From assembly GCF_018350175.1 (NCBI RefSeq), contig NC_058368.1:125552001-125616000 (forward strand): 64,000 nt of DNA, given 5' to 3'. This document shows positions 36,008 through 48,561 of the stretch, in pieces. The first letter of the stretch is position 1; each line of letters opens with the position of its first letter. A model generated the notes under the pieces. That model was given only the letters and a program-made list of their open reading frames with translations. It searched no databases and was not told where the DNA came from. The translations under genes were made by a program, and so were the position numbers. Source of the stretch: Felis catus. Taxonomy: Eukaryota.

Positions 36008-37512
36008 ATAATTTAGCGACTTTAAACTTAGGGGTTGGTTCTGAATAATCATTTATTGCTCAGCAGCACAAAAAAGGCATCAACTCCCTGAACCCTGAGA
36101 TTCTGCGCCTGCCTTTTCTCAAAATAGAACCACTTGATAGCTTACTCAGTGGAATACCCTCACTTAAAGTTAGGCCAGTCTGAGACATGAATTGGATAAA
36201 TGTTTCTGGAGATATTTGGTCCTGGGACTGTATCATTAGGACTTGTAAAGCATGTCTAATTTACTTAATGGATTATAATGTCTTGGAATTGGCTATAATG
36301 ATCTATTTACATAGAATGCCTGAGTGCACAGACCATTTGTATAAATAAGCAATTATGTTCCCTGCTGTCAGGATATTTTGGTCTGAAGATCAGTTACCTG
36401 ATGCCTTTCCTCTATAGTGTTAATTCGGGTAGTGATTATACCCTGCATATTATAAATCTTCAAATAATCATTATGAATAGCAGCTGCTTGGGCCTTGGCT
36501 ATTTTTATCCAGATATAAAAGTGTTCCTGCAAAATTTCATTTAAGATGGGAAATGATATGGGGGAGTCCAAAGGAACATTCTCGGGTCTGTTTTATGTGC
36601 AATCCTGATATGTCCTGAAATATGTGTCTGTTCCTTTCTTTTTCTTTTTCTGTAAACAAATGAAAAAAATACTTAGGCTAATATGGTAAATGGTAAGAAC
36701 CATTGAGTACATTCATTCATTTGCTGTGAGTGCCTTATCCCTAACCTGGGATTTTCTAGTGTCTTCAACTTTAAACCCATATTCACCAGCAGTTCTTTGC
36801 TGCCTGTCTGTAGTATTGACCAGATTGCTTAAGGAGGCCTTATAGGGTTATGCTGGAGAAGTCTTTCCCCCTTTTTCTGACTGGTGTACTTCAAAGGGTC
36901 CTAATTGTATTTTTGTAGTGTATGTGATACACTGCAAATAAATTTGAAATAAGAAAGTCAAGTGAAGGGTAAATAAGATACAGTAACACAATGGAGTCAG
37001 AAGCGAGGTTAGTTCACAGAAGGAATATCACAAAGTCCTATGCTGTGGTTACAGGTGGGCCACAATTTGGGCTTTAAATCTTCTAACAGCCAACTGAAAT
37101 GGGAAAGATGGCATGAACAAGTTTTACAGAATCCATTAAGCAAAATCAAGCTAGTCATATAGGTGAAACAATTATTTCTGATACTGAACTCAGAAAATTT
37201 TGCTTGTGTTCTTATTGAGAGGACACTGAAATGTGATAAACAGTAGCTTTTATAATATTTTTACATACCATTATTGAAAGATCAGGTGTTTTACTTGCCA
37301 AATAGGTTTTGGATGAATTCCTGCCAGTCTCTACTTTGTATTAAGACCTCCCTATTTGTGCCCAGTGATACCTGGTGTAAGTCTGGCTGGCCTTCAGGGA
37401 AGGGGTTATCACTTTTGCTCTCTCATGAACCAGTGATCTTGTGATTCTTCCAGGAGTGTCCATAGTTTCTTTTAGTGTTCTCTGGTCCCTGGGGTGGGTG
37501 ATACTTGCAGCA

Positions 37513-37978
37513 TGTATTAACTTCCTGTTGCTGTAACAAACTAGAACAAACTTAGTGGCTTTAAATAATGCAAGTTTATTATCTTTTAGTTTTAGAGGTC
37601 ATGAATCCAAAATGGGTTTCATGGGCTAAAACCAAGGTATCAGAAGGGCTTGAATGCTCTTGGCTTTTCTTTCCATCTAGAGACTATCTGCATTCATTGG
37701 CCTCTGGCCTTCTCCAACAACTGTATCACTTCAACCTCTGCTTCCGCAGAGGTCATATCTTTTCTGACTCTGACCTTCTATTTCCCTTTGTCCCTTATAA
37801 AAGCTTTGTGATTACATTGGGTCCACCTAGACAATCCAGGATAGTCTTCCCATCTCAAGACATTTAACTTTATCACATCTGGGGAATTCCTTTTACCATG
37901 TAGGAGAACACATTTGCAGGTTTCTGGGGTTAGGATGTAGATAACTTAGGGTGGAAGTGCATATTCTTCTGCCAGTCA
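37513..37978 (-). mobile_element. MLT1C/D-like MaLR LTR
   Basis: tgtattaacttcctgttgctgtaacaaact..aacttagtggctt..gtgattacattgggtccacctagacaatccagga. Confidence 0.85.
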
Positions 37979-38049
37979 CCCAAGAGAACAGAAAACAGGA
38001 GGGGTGGGTTGTGTACTATCCTATACTGTATGAACATGCTTGGCAAGAG

Positions 38050-38555
38050 TTTCAAACAGGGTCCAGGCAGAAAAACCCAGATAGTTCAGTAGAGGAAACT
38101 CTACTGAGTATGGAGACCTGGATATAGAGATGCTGCAGGAGCAGAAAACAAGGGAAGGTAGCGTAACTGAGAGGTGAACTGCTAAAGATGCTGCTAGCAT
38201 CTCTAGGGTGGAGGGACAACAGGAGGAGATAGTGCTACCAGAGCCCAGCCACCAGGCTGGAGCTGAAAACTTGGAGGATGTGTGTTTGGCAGGAGCTGAG
38301 GTCATGGAAGAGAGGCATAGGCACCACTGGAGACACTGTCTTCAGTGAGGGAAGTGGAAGAAATACCCTGGCTTCTTTCTCTTCTGAACTGCTCATTCCC
38401 CACTAAACTTGGCTAAACTATTCCTTGGCAAAACTAACCAAAAGCTAGTAGGCAAAGGGCTATGGAAGCTATAGTTGGCAAGCCCCTGTGATATAAAGCC
38501 TAAGAAGGGACAGACAGGCTCTTGATCTGAAAGCAAATGAGAAATTGGCCCACAC
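38050..38555 (-). mobile_element. Old ERVL-type LTR (LTR40/41/50-like)
   Basis: cagggtccaggcagaaaa..ttggcaaaactaacca..gatctgaaagcaaatgag..cccacaca. Confidence 0.5.
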
Positions 38556-38834
38556 ATCACACATGGTGAGGTACCCACATATAAATAAAACGGGGAAGAC
38601 ATCTGGTGCCATTTTTGTTCAACCTGCACGTAAACTCTGGCTCTTAATACAGTGGAGAAAAGAGGTGTTTGTGTGTTTGGAGATGGGGTGTGGGGAGAGT
38701 ATATGCAACTGATTTTCAATTTAGTAGGATTTCTCCAGGGACTAGACTTGAAAAGATTTTCAGCTACTTTGTAAAGGGTGTGTTTATTTTTATGAAACTG
38801 AATGGATGATTTGTTCCCTTTGCTCTTCATCTTA

Positions 38835-38960
38835 GCTTGCCCTCCTTTTTCTCCGTCTCCCCTCTGCTTCCCCCCATTCCCTCTCCTTCCCCTCCCCCTC
38901 CTTCCTTCCTTTCCCTCTCTTTCCTTTTCATGCTGTCCCCCTTCCTCCCTCCCTCGTTCC
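38835..38960. repeat. CT-rich low-complexity tract
   Basis: About 125 nt of nearly pure pyrimidines. Confidence 0.85.
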
Positions 38961-39679
38961 CAGATCTTTTGTTGGCATTCATTTCTAAAAACACAGCTTT
39001 TATTAATTAACAGGCACCTTCTTCTAAGCAGCCTTACTGGTGACTGTCTCCTCCTTTCTCACCTTGCCTGCCAGTTCATGTACTGATTTCAGTGTCCTCA
39101 AGCTGGGGACTACAGAATTATTTTCATTACATCTCTTTTTAACCTTCTGTCTTAAGAAGCATTTTAGGACTTCTCCTCAGATACAAATTGTTGGTATTGA
39201 ACTCACCTGATGCCCAGTTATCTGGATTCCTCTCTACCTTCAGTTCCCTAATATTTCCTTCCACATTCCAAAGTGTCTTTCATTTTTGTTCTTGATGTCC
39301 ACTTTCCAGGGGGACGGTGGGGCTCATGTATAAGGCTTGACACAGCCAAAAGATCATAGCTTTGTTTCTAAAATAAAAGGAGCACACAACATAAAACTGT
39401 ATGTTTCTGTTGAGATTCTAAGCACTGTTCAAATATCATCGACTACACAATTAAAATGGTTTGAACTCCATGCTAGAGGGCAATGAGGAAAACATTTTTC
39501 ATGAAAGTGACCTTCTGATAGAAATTGAAGCCTTCAGTGCAGTCATCCTTACCCAGTTCTTCTCATTTAATAATACACAGAGTAGTTGGTTGATTCACTT
39601 TGAGACTTCTGGGGCAGAATGTTGAGCTAGTCATACTCCTCAGCATTAGTATTGCTGTGGATCTGAAGCCCCAGGAGAG

Positions 39680-39885
39680 GCAGCACACAAACTCTCATTC
39701 CAGATTTGCTAGGTTTCATTTCAGTCTTGGCTTGATCACTTACCAGTTACTCAACCACTCAGTTTCCTTAACTGTAAAATCAGGATGGTAATAGCATTTG
39801 CATCCCAGTGCTGTTGAAAGAATAAGTCAATGTAAAGCTCTTCGAACAGTGCCAGGTGCATAGTAAGGGTTACAAAAGTGTTTTC
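39680..39885 (+). mobile_element. MIR
   Basis: ctcagtttccttaactgtaaaatcaggatggtaata..tgtaaagctc..aacagtgccaggtgcatagtaag. Confidence 0.8.
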
Positions 39886-39899
39886 TTCTTATTTTCTTT

Positions 39900-40525
39900 T
39901 ACTTGTACCCCTACCTTCCTTCCTGATAACCACTTCCATAGACGCCTGTTTCTAATATGTTTGTATTTTTAAGTATGTCTATGTTCTTCTAAAATATGTA
40001 GTGTCATGACGGTTGCATATGTGTCTGTGTGTGTGATTTGGCTTTAGGCTATACATTTTGTTCTATTTTTGTGTTTTTGATGTGTATCCAGTTGGCCGTA
40101 TTTATGTCTAGTTCATTACTTCTCCCTGACTCATAGCACGTGATAGTGTATGTCTATCACCTTTACTTATCCAGTGACCTAGTGGTGTCACCTGAAATGC
40201 CTCCAATTCCCTACCACAAACCATTCCATGACAACACACCTGTACAAGAAATGGAATCAATGGGTCACAAGGCATTCACAGTCCCACTATGAATAAGCCA
40301 GGTCACTTTCCAGAATGGCTATAGCTGTTTATACTCTTTCCAGCAAGGCACGAGAGTTCCTGATTTGACATAACTTCCCTGCCACTAAACACTAAGTTTA
40401 GTTTCTAACTTGGTGTAATGTGGTATTTTATAGTATGAATCTTCAGTTCTCTGATTATCTGTGAGACTGTACACCTGGTGCTTTTGCTACTTGAGCTGGT
40501 AGATTTCCTCTTCTGTGTATTGTTC
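39900..40525 (-). mobile_element. Ancient L1ME-like remnant
   Basis: ttacttatccagt..actttccagaatggctatagc..ctttccagcaaggcacgagagttcc..tttcctcttctgtg. Confidence 0.55.
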
Positions 40526-40762
40526 AAATACCGTCATCTTCTCCTTCCAGGTATGATGGAGTGCTTGCAACAGACCAGTGCTCTCAACAAGGGTTAAGGG
40601 GTTTAGAAAAGCACATTAAAAAATGTTTAAAGGCATTGACGACCTTCTGAGGCAATCAGTATTTAAGGGGACAAAATCTTAGGACAAAGGGAGATTGAAT
40701 GAATGTTCTGCAGCCGCTTTTATCCATGGGGCTTTTGCCAGTTCTAGGTGTAGGGCACATTT

Positions 40763-40867
40763 ATTTTAGACTTCTGGCCTCTAGAACTGTGAGAGAATTA
40801 ACTTATATTGTTGTAAGCCACCTAGTTTATGGTAGTTTTTTACAGCAGCCACTGGAAACTAATACAC
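40763..40867 (+). mobile_element. MLT1 LTR 3' fragment
   Basis: gacttctggcctctagaactgtgagagaat..taagccacctagtttatggta..acagcagcc..ggaaactaataca. Confidence 0.85.
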
Positions 40868-41699
40868 GTTATATTATGAAGTCGTCTATATGCCACCTGT
40901 TTTACCAGCAAGCGTCCTAGTGCTTTTGTGGATAGATGGGAGTTCTTCCTTAAATACTCCTTAAAGATCCCTGGAATGTATCTCCTGGGGGTCTGAGAAT
41001 GAGCTCTTTTTGTTACTCATCTGCTGCTTCCTATTGCCATCTGCTGGGCCTGGATGACGCCATTCTCCAGCCTGATGTCTGTCCTAGGAAGTGAGCACTC
41101 TGCAGATATGACTGCTACCAGTGTCAGAAGATACTATAAAAGAGAGAATAATTCACAACCACTACCAGCTGTGGCTAATTTCAGGAGCCACGTGCCCTAC
41201 ATCACACAATTCCAAGGAAATGCCATTTATGTTTTTGGTACACGAAAGCTAGCCCCTTGGAGCAGTCCTGGCGTAGGCCCTTCTCATGGATTCCCCTACA
41301 GAACCAGCTCCTTTACCTAACACCACATCTCAGGTCCCAACCTAATTCCAGCTGTTTGGAGTGAATTTAAGCACCCCCATTATAGTCCAGAATCAAAACA
41401 GTCATATCACTCACACACACACACACACACAAAAGGAAAAAAGAAAGAAAAGAAAAGGAAAAAGAAAAGGTCCCCCCCCCTTAGCCCCAGTCTAAAGCTC
41501 ATCTCAGTTTTCTGTCTCAGGATCAGCCTTCTCTGATTTATGATGGAAATACCTTCACTTTTTTGAGATAACCTCACTTCCATCCCACCGTAACCTCACC
41601 ATGTAATGCGCAAAACCAATATCATCAAAATTCAGTTGCACAAAATCACCTCATTTCTCACAGCCTGAGTTATTTAGTCTTGTGGTCATTCACTTAAGA

Positions 41700-41950
41700 T
41701 TGCAGTAGCTGTCTCTAAGATGGTGTCATTAATGCCTTTTCTTCCTGAAAATTCATGTTAATCCCACACTGAAAGATGGAGAATATTCCTCCGCTCCTTT
41801 CAATTTGGTCTGGTCTTTAATGCCTTGATCAATATAGAGAACTGCAGAGGTGATGTGCCAGCCCCAGGCCTTGCTTTTAAGGAGACTGGCAGCTTCCACC
41901 TGGGCTGCCTTCTGAACAGCTGTGTGAGAAGTCCAGCTATAAGGAAGTTT
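41700..41950 (+). mobile_element. MLT1-like LTR fragment
   Basis: ctctaagatgg..gaggtgatgtgcca..taaggagactggcagcttccac..tgtgagaagtcc. Confidence 0.55.
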
Positions 41951-44334
41951 AGGCCTAATTTAATCCGTTACTTTGTGTGATCATTCTCACAGCTCTCCTG
42001 CTGTCTATTTTATGTCAGCTTTTGGGCTCTTGTCAGCATGCAAATAAGATACGTATATACCTATACCCCCTTCGCTAGAACAAGTAATATTATACCCACA
42101 GAGCAATATCTAAAGCAATACTTAGAAAAGGAGCATTTTTTCTTAGAAACAAAAGCCCACAGAAATAATATCCTTGATTCAACTGTACAAAAAAAAAATT
42201 CTGTCACTAAAACGCTTGCAATCAGATTAATAGTTTCTTCTCACTTTTCTCCAAGTAGGAACTTGCTTTTGTGTTTGTATTTAAAGAGTCTATTTAGTTA
42301 GTTATCTCTGAACAAATAAAGAAGTTTGCCTCAAAAGAGTAGTCACGTTTCTAACTCTTTTAAGACTCGCACTCTGTGCAGCTTTGAAATGATAATTATT
42401 TCCTTTTCTATCACTTCCATCAAGATTTTTAAAGCCTTGGGAATGATGGCTAGGACACCATGTTATGCTTACATTGCCTGTATGCTGCAGTTTTCATTCT
42501 GAGAAACATTTAAGAAATAAAGGTGGCATTACATTGCTCTCACTGCTTGATTATCTCTAAAAAATGTTAATGCAAAGAGAAAGTGAAGGAACAAGCAGAG
42601 ACATGGAGCAGGTATGAAAAGGGCTCTCTCCCAGAAGGCTTTATGCAATTTCAGAAATATAAAAGCCAAAATGAAGATATGGAATTTCATTTCTAATCTA
42701 TTTCTTCTTCTTCATATTCCTCCAGTTGGCTGCATGCACTTCATAAACACATCGTCAAGACCACAGTATAACTCAGGCATAATCTTAGACTTAAGTGCTC
42801 TAAATGAATTTCAAAATTTCCAAATATATGGAATTTTCCATAAGAAAATAACCTACTCCTTGAGAGCTAATCCCAATGGTTCCTTAAGGTATCTACTAGG
42901 GGACAATATTTACACTGTCAAATCTGTCACCATAATTTCTGGCTCCATGCTAAGTCTTTTGAAGATAAACTGAGTTCACTCTTAGGCTGTAGAAATTAAT
43001 GTTCAATCTATCCAAATTACACTTATATAATGAAGGCAGTAACAACTGTTTCTAATTTATTAGTATATACAAAAAATTTTATTCTGAATGTCTTATTTTC
43101 AAATTATTTTTAAGGGTAAATTACCAGCTTGCCTCAAACATGGAGTCTATATTTATTTTTGATGCTTGACCAAAAATAGACACTTTTCAAAGAAGTAACA
43201 AAAGCTCTAAAAACATCTGTTTTATAACCTAATATGTAATTATAGATAAAAATGTGAAAAATCTATAATGCAATTTGTCTATAAGCCTTCAAAAATCCTA
43301 AGCATGTACTAAGCAATAATTAACAATAAACTAAGAATAATGAAAAAGAAAATCAATGTGTCTGCAAAAAAAAAAGTTATTAAAGCCTTCAAAACCCACA
43401 GACAGAAACACAGGGACAATGATAAAAATTTTCTTTCACTTATTTACCTTAGAAGTGCAAAATTAATGTATTTCCCCTTTTCACAGGCTTTTAATTGCTT
43501 GGTAGTTGTGTCTTCATAAAGTTTTAGGTATAAAAAAGTTAATTTTAGGAATTCATGAGACTAGGAACAATATTTAATTGAACAGCGGATTAGCACTTGA
43601 AATAAACAACATCTAAAAAAGAAAAGCATGTGAAATCTAATAGAAAAATGACAAAGTACACCAGCCTACTCATGTAAACATTTTAATCATGGCCATGTTA
43701 AAGCTCTATCAAAGATCTGAATCACTGGTAGATCTGTTATCCCCTACCCTCAGTCTGTCTCTTATATCCTTTGTTCACGATTCATGGTATGCCTGGTAAA
43801 TTTTGATTCAGTGCCAGATATTGTACATGAAAAGTTGTATAGTCTGGATGATGTTATCATCTTCAAGAGAAGCTTAGCCCTTTCCTTTGCTAGGTAGATA
43901 AAATAGAGGCTGATCACCTTAACCAATCTAATCACAGACTAAGCTATGTCAAGGTTGAGTTACACTCTGACAAGGCTCTGTCTACCCGTGTATGCCTCTG
44001 CTCCTAAGGTAAGTACCCCAGGATTCCAGGTGAAAAGTTTTTTGTGTTTACCTAGTGTGTCTAGAACTCTAATCCGTATCCTCCCAGACCACTTCCTGCT
44101 GAAAATTCCACTATGTTTTGAGAGCTTTTCTGCCTGGATTCTTAGCTTAATGTCCATTTAACATCAACACTTAGTATTAAACAAACATCTTAAGGAGAAA
44201 ACTGGCAGTGTGTTGAGTTCAGTTCTCCACTCGTCCCTTCTCAAAAGGATTCTGACCCCTCAAGGCTCTATGTTTTGTGTTTCAAGACCTGCTCAACTGG
44301 CAGAAACTCTACTGGTTTCTCTCTTAGTAATAGT

Positions 44335-44665
44335 TCTCTGCCTCTGAGGGAGAATCCACTCCATGACTCTCTCCTAACTTCTGATGGCTGTGGGCGATCC
44401 TTAGTATTCCTTGACTTGGAGACACATCATGCAAATCTCTGCCTCTGTCTTCATTCATTTATTTTCTTATGTGTGTTTTTTTGCTTTCTTTTATAAGGAC
44501 ACTTACCATTGGATTTAGTGTCCACTAGGGTAGTTGAGAGGACATCATCTTGAGATCCTTAACTAAAGTACATCTGGAAAGATCTTTTTTCCCAAATTAG
44601 GTCACATAAATGGGTTCCAGGTAGACAAAAATTTTTTGGGTAGGGAACACTCAACTCACTATAGG
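44335..44665 (-). mobile_element. MLT1 LTR fragment
   Basis: ctctgagggagaatccactccatg..tataaggacactt..cattggatttag..tcatcttgagatccttaact..ggtcacat. Confidence 0.75.
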
Positions 44666-45784
44666 ATATAAATATAAGCCATTGTCCATACTGATCTTTT
44701 GAAGATAGCAATGGAGTCTCCTATGGCATAAGTGATGATTTAGGGGGCATAATTCAAGACATATAAAGGTTATGATTATTGAAATGACAGGAAGTTGTGT
44801 GTATAACTGTGGGTGTATGTACTAGAGAAAGTTTCCAAGATTCAGGCAATACACCTATGATAGAGTCCCAAATCCACAGTCTTATACTCTTTTACTTTCT
44901 GTCTTTATCTTGAAAGAAAAGAGAAGTGGAAGAGCAATAAAAAAATAGGAAGATAGATAAATAGAGAGAGAGAGTAGAATTCATGCTTTAGTAGCTTGCT
45001 AACTAAATTTGTTATCTGTTGATAACCTGTTACTCTTTGGTTGCAGATTTTATTTTCATTTTCTATCATTATCTCTTATTTTCTAATCATGTTGTTTCTG
45101 CCTATCATGCCTCACCCAAGTGGATTCTAAACAAGGTGAATGCAGAAGACAGATCATAGTACTCTTCCCAGTACCAAAACCTTTCTAGTTATGTGGTCAG
45201 GGTTGAAATCCAAGGGCATATTCAGTGGGAAATACAGGAGCTCAGTTCTCTCTGTGTACCTAGAATAAGGGTTTCCCCAGGAAGGCATGTTTTCTCAGAG
45301 GGCCTGGATCCCCTGGGTCTTGGTCTAGAATGTATTTTTTCTCTAATGAGGGGCTGATAGATACCTGTCCTCTGTTGCTAGTGGCTCCTGCTTGCTGGAG
45401 GTTGAGTGGAGACTTATTCTGCAAGTCATGTGAAGATAATATTACTTTATTGTCCTGATTCACTCTTATTCTCTAACTTCTGTACTTACAGAGTAGAGGT
45501 GATTCCTCAGTATAGTTTGAATTTTTAGAGGGCCTAAATTCTATAACTACTCTGATCTAAATGTAATACACCCTCTATTCATTACAAATCAACTTCTGGT
45601 CTGTGAATCTAAACCACTGACTACAGGTTTTGCTCAACCATTCCCACAAGGATTTCATGCTTATACAGCATCACCAGTTCAATCATAGTAGCACTTACTA
45701 GAAACTTTGTGTTTTGCTCTTGACTGTGAAACCATTTATTTTCATATGTTTGCTTATATGTCCTGTCTCTTTAAAATTTGTTCA

Positions 45785-46530
45785 GCTGTTTGTTTAGTAA
45801 ACATTTTAAATATTGCTTCTGTGTGCCAGGCTCTGCACAGGTGCCACAAATTCAGAGACAGGGAGGATATGCCCTGCCCCACGAGGCTTATAGACACTGA
45901 AGTGGACAGTCATGATCAATATGACACTGTTAGGGAGAGGCACTGAGTATCAAAAGCCAACAACCTTCTTCTGGGTTAAGGGATCTAGAAAAGACTCCTG
46001 GGAGTAGGTGATGTCCAAGTGGAGTTTTGGAGAATGGAGATGAAATATTCAAGCTGGGAGCAAGGAGATGGGTAAAGGGTACTGTAAGCCGAGAGGAGAG
46101 TAAGAACAAAGACATAGAAGCAAAGTGCCCAGTTTGCATTGTGCAGGGAAGGATAAACAACTTGTTTTTAGCTGGAGTAGAGAGTGAAAGGAAATGATAG
46201 AATCTGTAATGGGCAAAGTCTTCTGAAGCCAAATCTGGAGTCCTTATCTACCATGTTGAAGAATTTGAACCACTGAAAAGGAGGAATGGGAGAGAACATG
46301 GCCAGTTTTGCAACAGTTATAGAAAACTCTCTCTGGCTACATGTTTTGAGACTAAAACGCTGGAGACAGGAAGGCAAGTATGAAGTGATACTGGGATGGA
46401 TCTATGTACTAGTGGCAGAGCTGAAGAGGAAAAGATAAAAAAAACACTTAGAAATAAAGTTGGTAATTCTGGCTGGTGGAGTCTATGTAAAGTCTAAAGG
46501 AGAGACGGGTTAAGCATGACTGCCAAAGAG
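45785..46530 (-). mobile_element. L2 (L2a/b-like)
   Basis: tgtgtgccaggctctg..ccctgcccc..gaaaagactcctgggagtaggtgatgtc..aactctctctggct. Confidence 0.75.
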
Positions 46531-47165
46531 AATCACAGATCTAGGACAGAGGGAATTTCTGAGGAAGCAGATTCCAGGACTAAGGACAGGAGGCGTGCCT
46601 TGAATAGGGGAGGCAGTGCTGCTGTGGGATGCTAGCCTTGTCCTTTCTCCTGCCTGGGCCTCTAGTCTTGAGATGTCAGGTAGGCTGTGAACTCTAATAC
46701 CTCTTGCACACAGAAGCCTTCACTTCCTGTTTTGGTAAACTGTGAACTACTTTTTAATTTTTTATTTTTTCTAGTTTTATAGAATAAAAACTAACATACC
46801 TCTCTGTATAAGGCATATAGCATGATGGTTTGATTTACATATGTTGTGAAATGTTTACTGCAATAGGCTTAGTTAACATTCATCATCTCATACAAATTCA
46901 GTAAGAAGAAAAGAAAAAACATTTCCTTGTGATGAGAACTCTTAGAATCTATTCTCTTAACACCTTTCCTATAGATCATATAGCAGAGGTGTTAGCTATA
47001 GTCATTATATTGTATTTTACATCCTTGGTGCTTATTTATCTTATACCTGGAAGCTTGTACCTTTGACCACCTTCCTCCAATTCCATCTCCTCCTTCCCCA
47101 CTTTTAGTAAAAATAGATCTGATCTCTTTTTTGTATGAGTTTGGGTTTTTTCTTTTTTAATTAAC

Positions 47166-47288
47166 TATATGTATATACACACACACACACACACACACAT
47201 ATATACACATATATACATACATATACACACACATATATATACACACATACATATACATATATATGTATATATACACATATGTATATGT
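47166..47288. repeat. Compound (CA)n/(TA)n microsatellite
   Basis: About 120 nt of alternating purine-pyrimidine. Confidence 0.95.
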
Positions 47289-47665
47289 GAGATCTTGCAA
47301 TATTTGTCTTTCTTTGTCTGACTTATTTCACTTAGCACACAACTCCTGTGATATATATATCACAACTTCTTTATTCATTCATCCATCAGTAGATACTTAG
47401 GTTGTTTCCAGGTCTAAGCTATTGTAAATAATGCTACCATAAACATAAGGGTGAAGATATCACTTTGAGTTAGTGCTTTTGTTTCCTTTGGATATATTTG
47501 CAAAAGTGGAATTTCTAGATCATATGGTAGTTCTATTTTTAATTTTTTGAGGAACTTCTATACTGTTTTGTATGGTGGCTATACTGATTTACAATCCCAC
47601 GAACAGTGCAGAAATGTTCTCTTTTCTTCCGTGTTCATGCCAATATTCATTATCTCTTGTGTTTT

Positions 47666-47891
47666 TTTTTATTATTTAATTTTTTTTTCAACGTTTATTT
47701 ATTTTTGGGACAGAGAGAGACAGAGCATGAATGGGGGAGGGGCAGAGAGAGAGGGGGACACAGAATCGGAAACAGGCGCCAGGCTCTGAGCCATCAGCCC
47801 AGAGCCTGACGCGGGGCTCGAACTCACAGACCGCGAGATCGTGACCTGGCTGAAGTCGGAAGCTTAACCGACTGCGCCACCCAGGCGCCCC
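47666..47891 (-). mobile_element. Young Can-SINE (SINEC_Fc-like)
   Basis: TSD atctcttgtgtttt at 47652-47665 and 47892-47905; close to the copy at 2453-2679. Confidence 0.97.
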
Positions 47892-47921
47892 ATCTCTTGT
47901 GTTTTAAAATCATGGTCTTTT

Positions 47922-48100
47922 GGGACACCTGGGTGGCTCTGTCAGTTGAGTGCCTGACTTCAGCTCAGAACATGATCTTGCTGTTTGTGAGTTTGAGCCC
48001 CATGTCAGGCTGTGTGCTGATAGCTCAGAGCCTGGAGACTGCTTTGGATTCTGTGTCTCCCCCTCTCTCTGCCCTTCCCCCATTCACGCTCTCTGTCTCT
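47922..48100 (+). mobile_element. Can-SINE lacking its A tail
   Basis: gggacacctgggtggctc head; ends in the CT tract and runs straight into L1 sequence. Confidence 0.9.
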
Positions 48101-48394
48101 CATGACATGGTATCTCATTGTGGTTTTAGTTTACATTTCCCTAGTTACTAGTGATGTTGAGCACCTTTTCATGTATCTGTTGGCTGCTCATATATTTTCT
48201 TTGGAAAAATGTATATTCAAGTCCTTTGGTCATCTTTTTTAATTGGATTATTTGTTTTTTGCTATTGAGCTTTATGATTTCTTTATATGTTTTACATATT
48301 AACCCCTTATCACATATATAGTTTGCAAATATATTTTTCCATTCTGTAGGTTGGCTTTTCACTTTGTTCATGTTTCTTTTGTTGCCATAAAAGT

Positions 48395-48561
48395 TTTTTG
48401 TTTATTTGTTTTTAAAATGTGTATTTATTTTTGAGAGAGAGTGCATGCATGAGCAGGGTAGGGGCAGAGAGAGAGGGAACAGAGGATCTGAAGCAGGCTC
48501 TACACTAACAGAGAGGCCAATGTGGGGCTTGAATTCGCAAACCATGAGATCATGACCTGAG
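48395..48561 (-). mobile_element. 5'-truncated Can-SINE
   Basis: Body stops at gagatcatgacctgag. Confidence 0.9.

Larger units (their letters stand above)
46750..48390 (-). mobile_element. L1MA9-like element (3' end and ORF2 part) carrying two SINEs and a microsatellite
   Basis: gatttacatatgttgtgaaatg..ttgtgatgagaactcttagaatcta; ORF 48141..48371 (KSQPTEWKNIFANYICDKGLI) is L1 ORF2. Confidence 0.88.

Noticed and set aside
36700..37300. Possible ancient repeat or conserved element
   Set aside because: No family, terminal repeats or motif cluster that I can support.
38393..39086. 145-aa and 94-aa ORFs
   Set aside because: They overlap an old LTR and a CT-rich low-complexity tract.
42000..44300. 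AT-rich block with the 119-aa ORF 42614..42973
   Set aside because: Parts look like very old L1 debris; no recognisable protein, and I could not set boundaries reliably.
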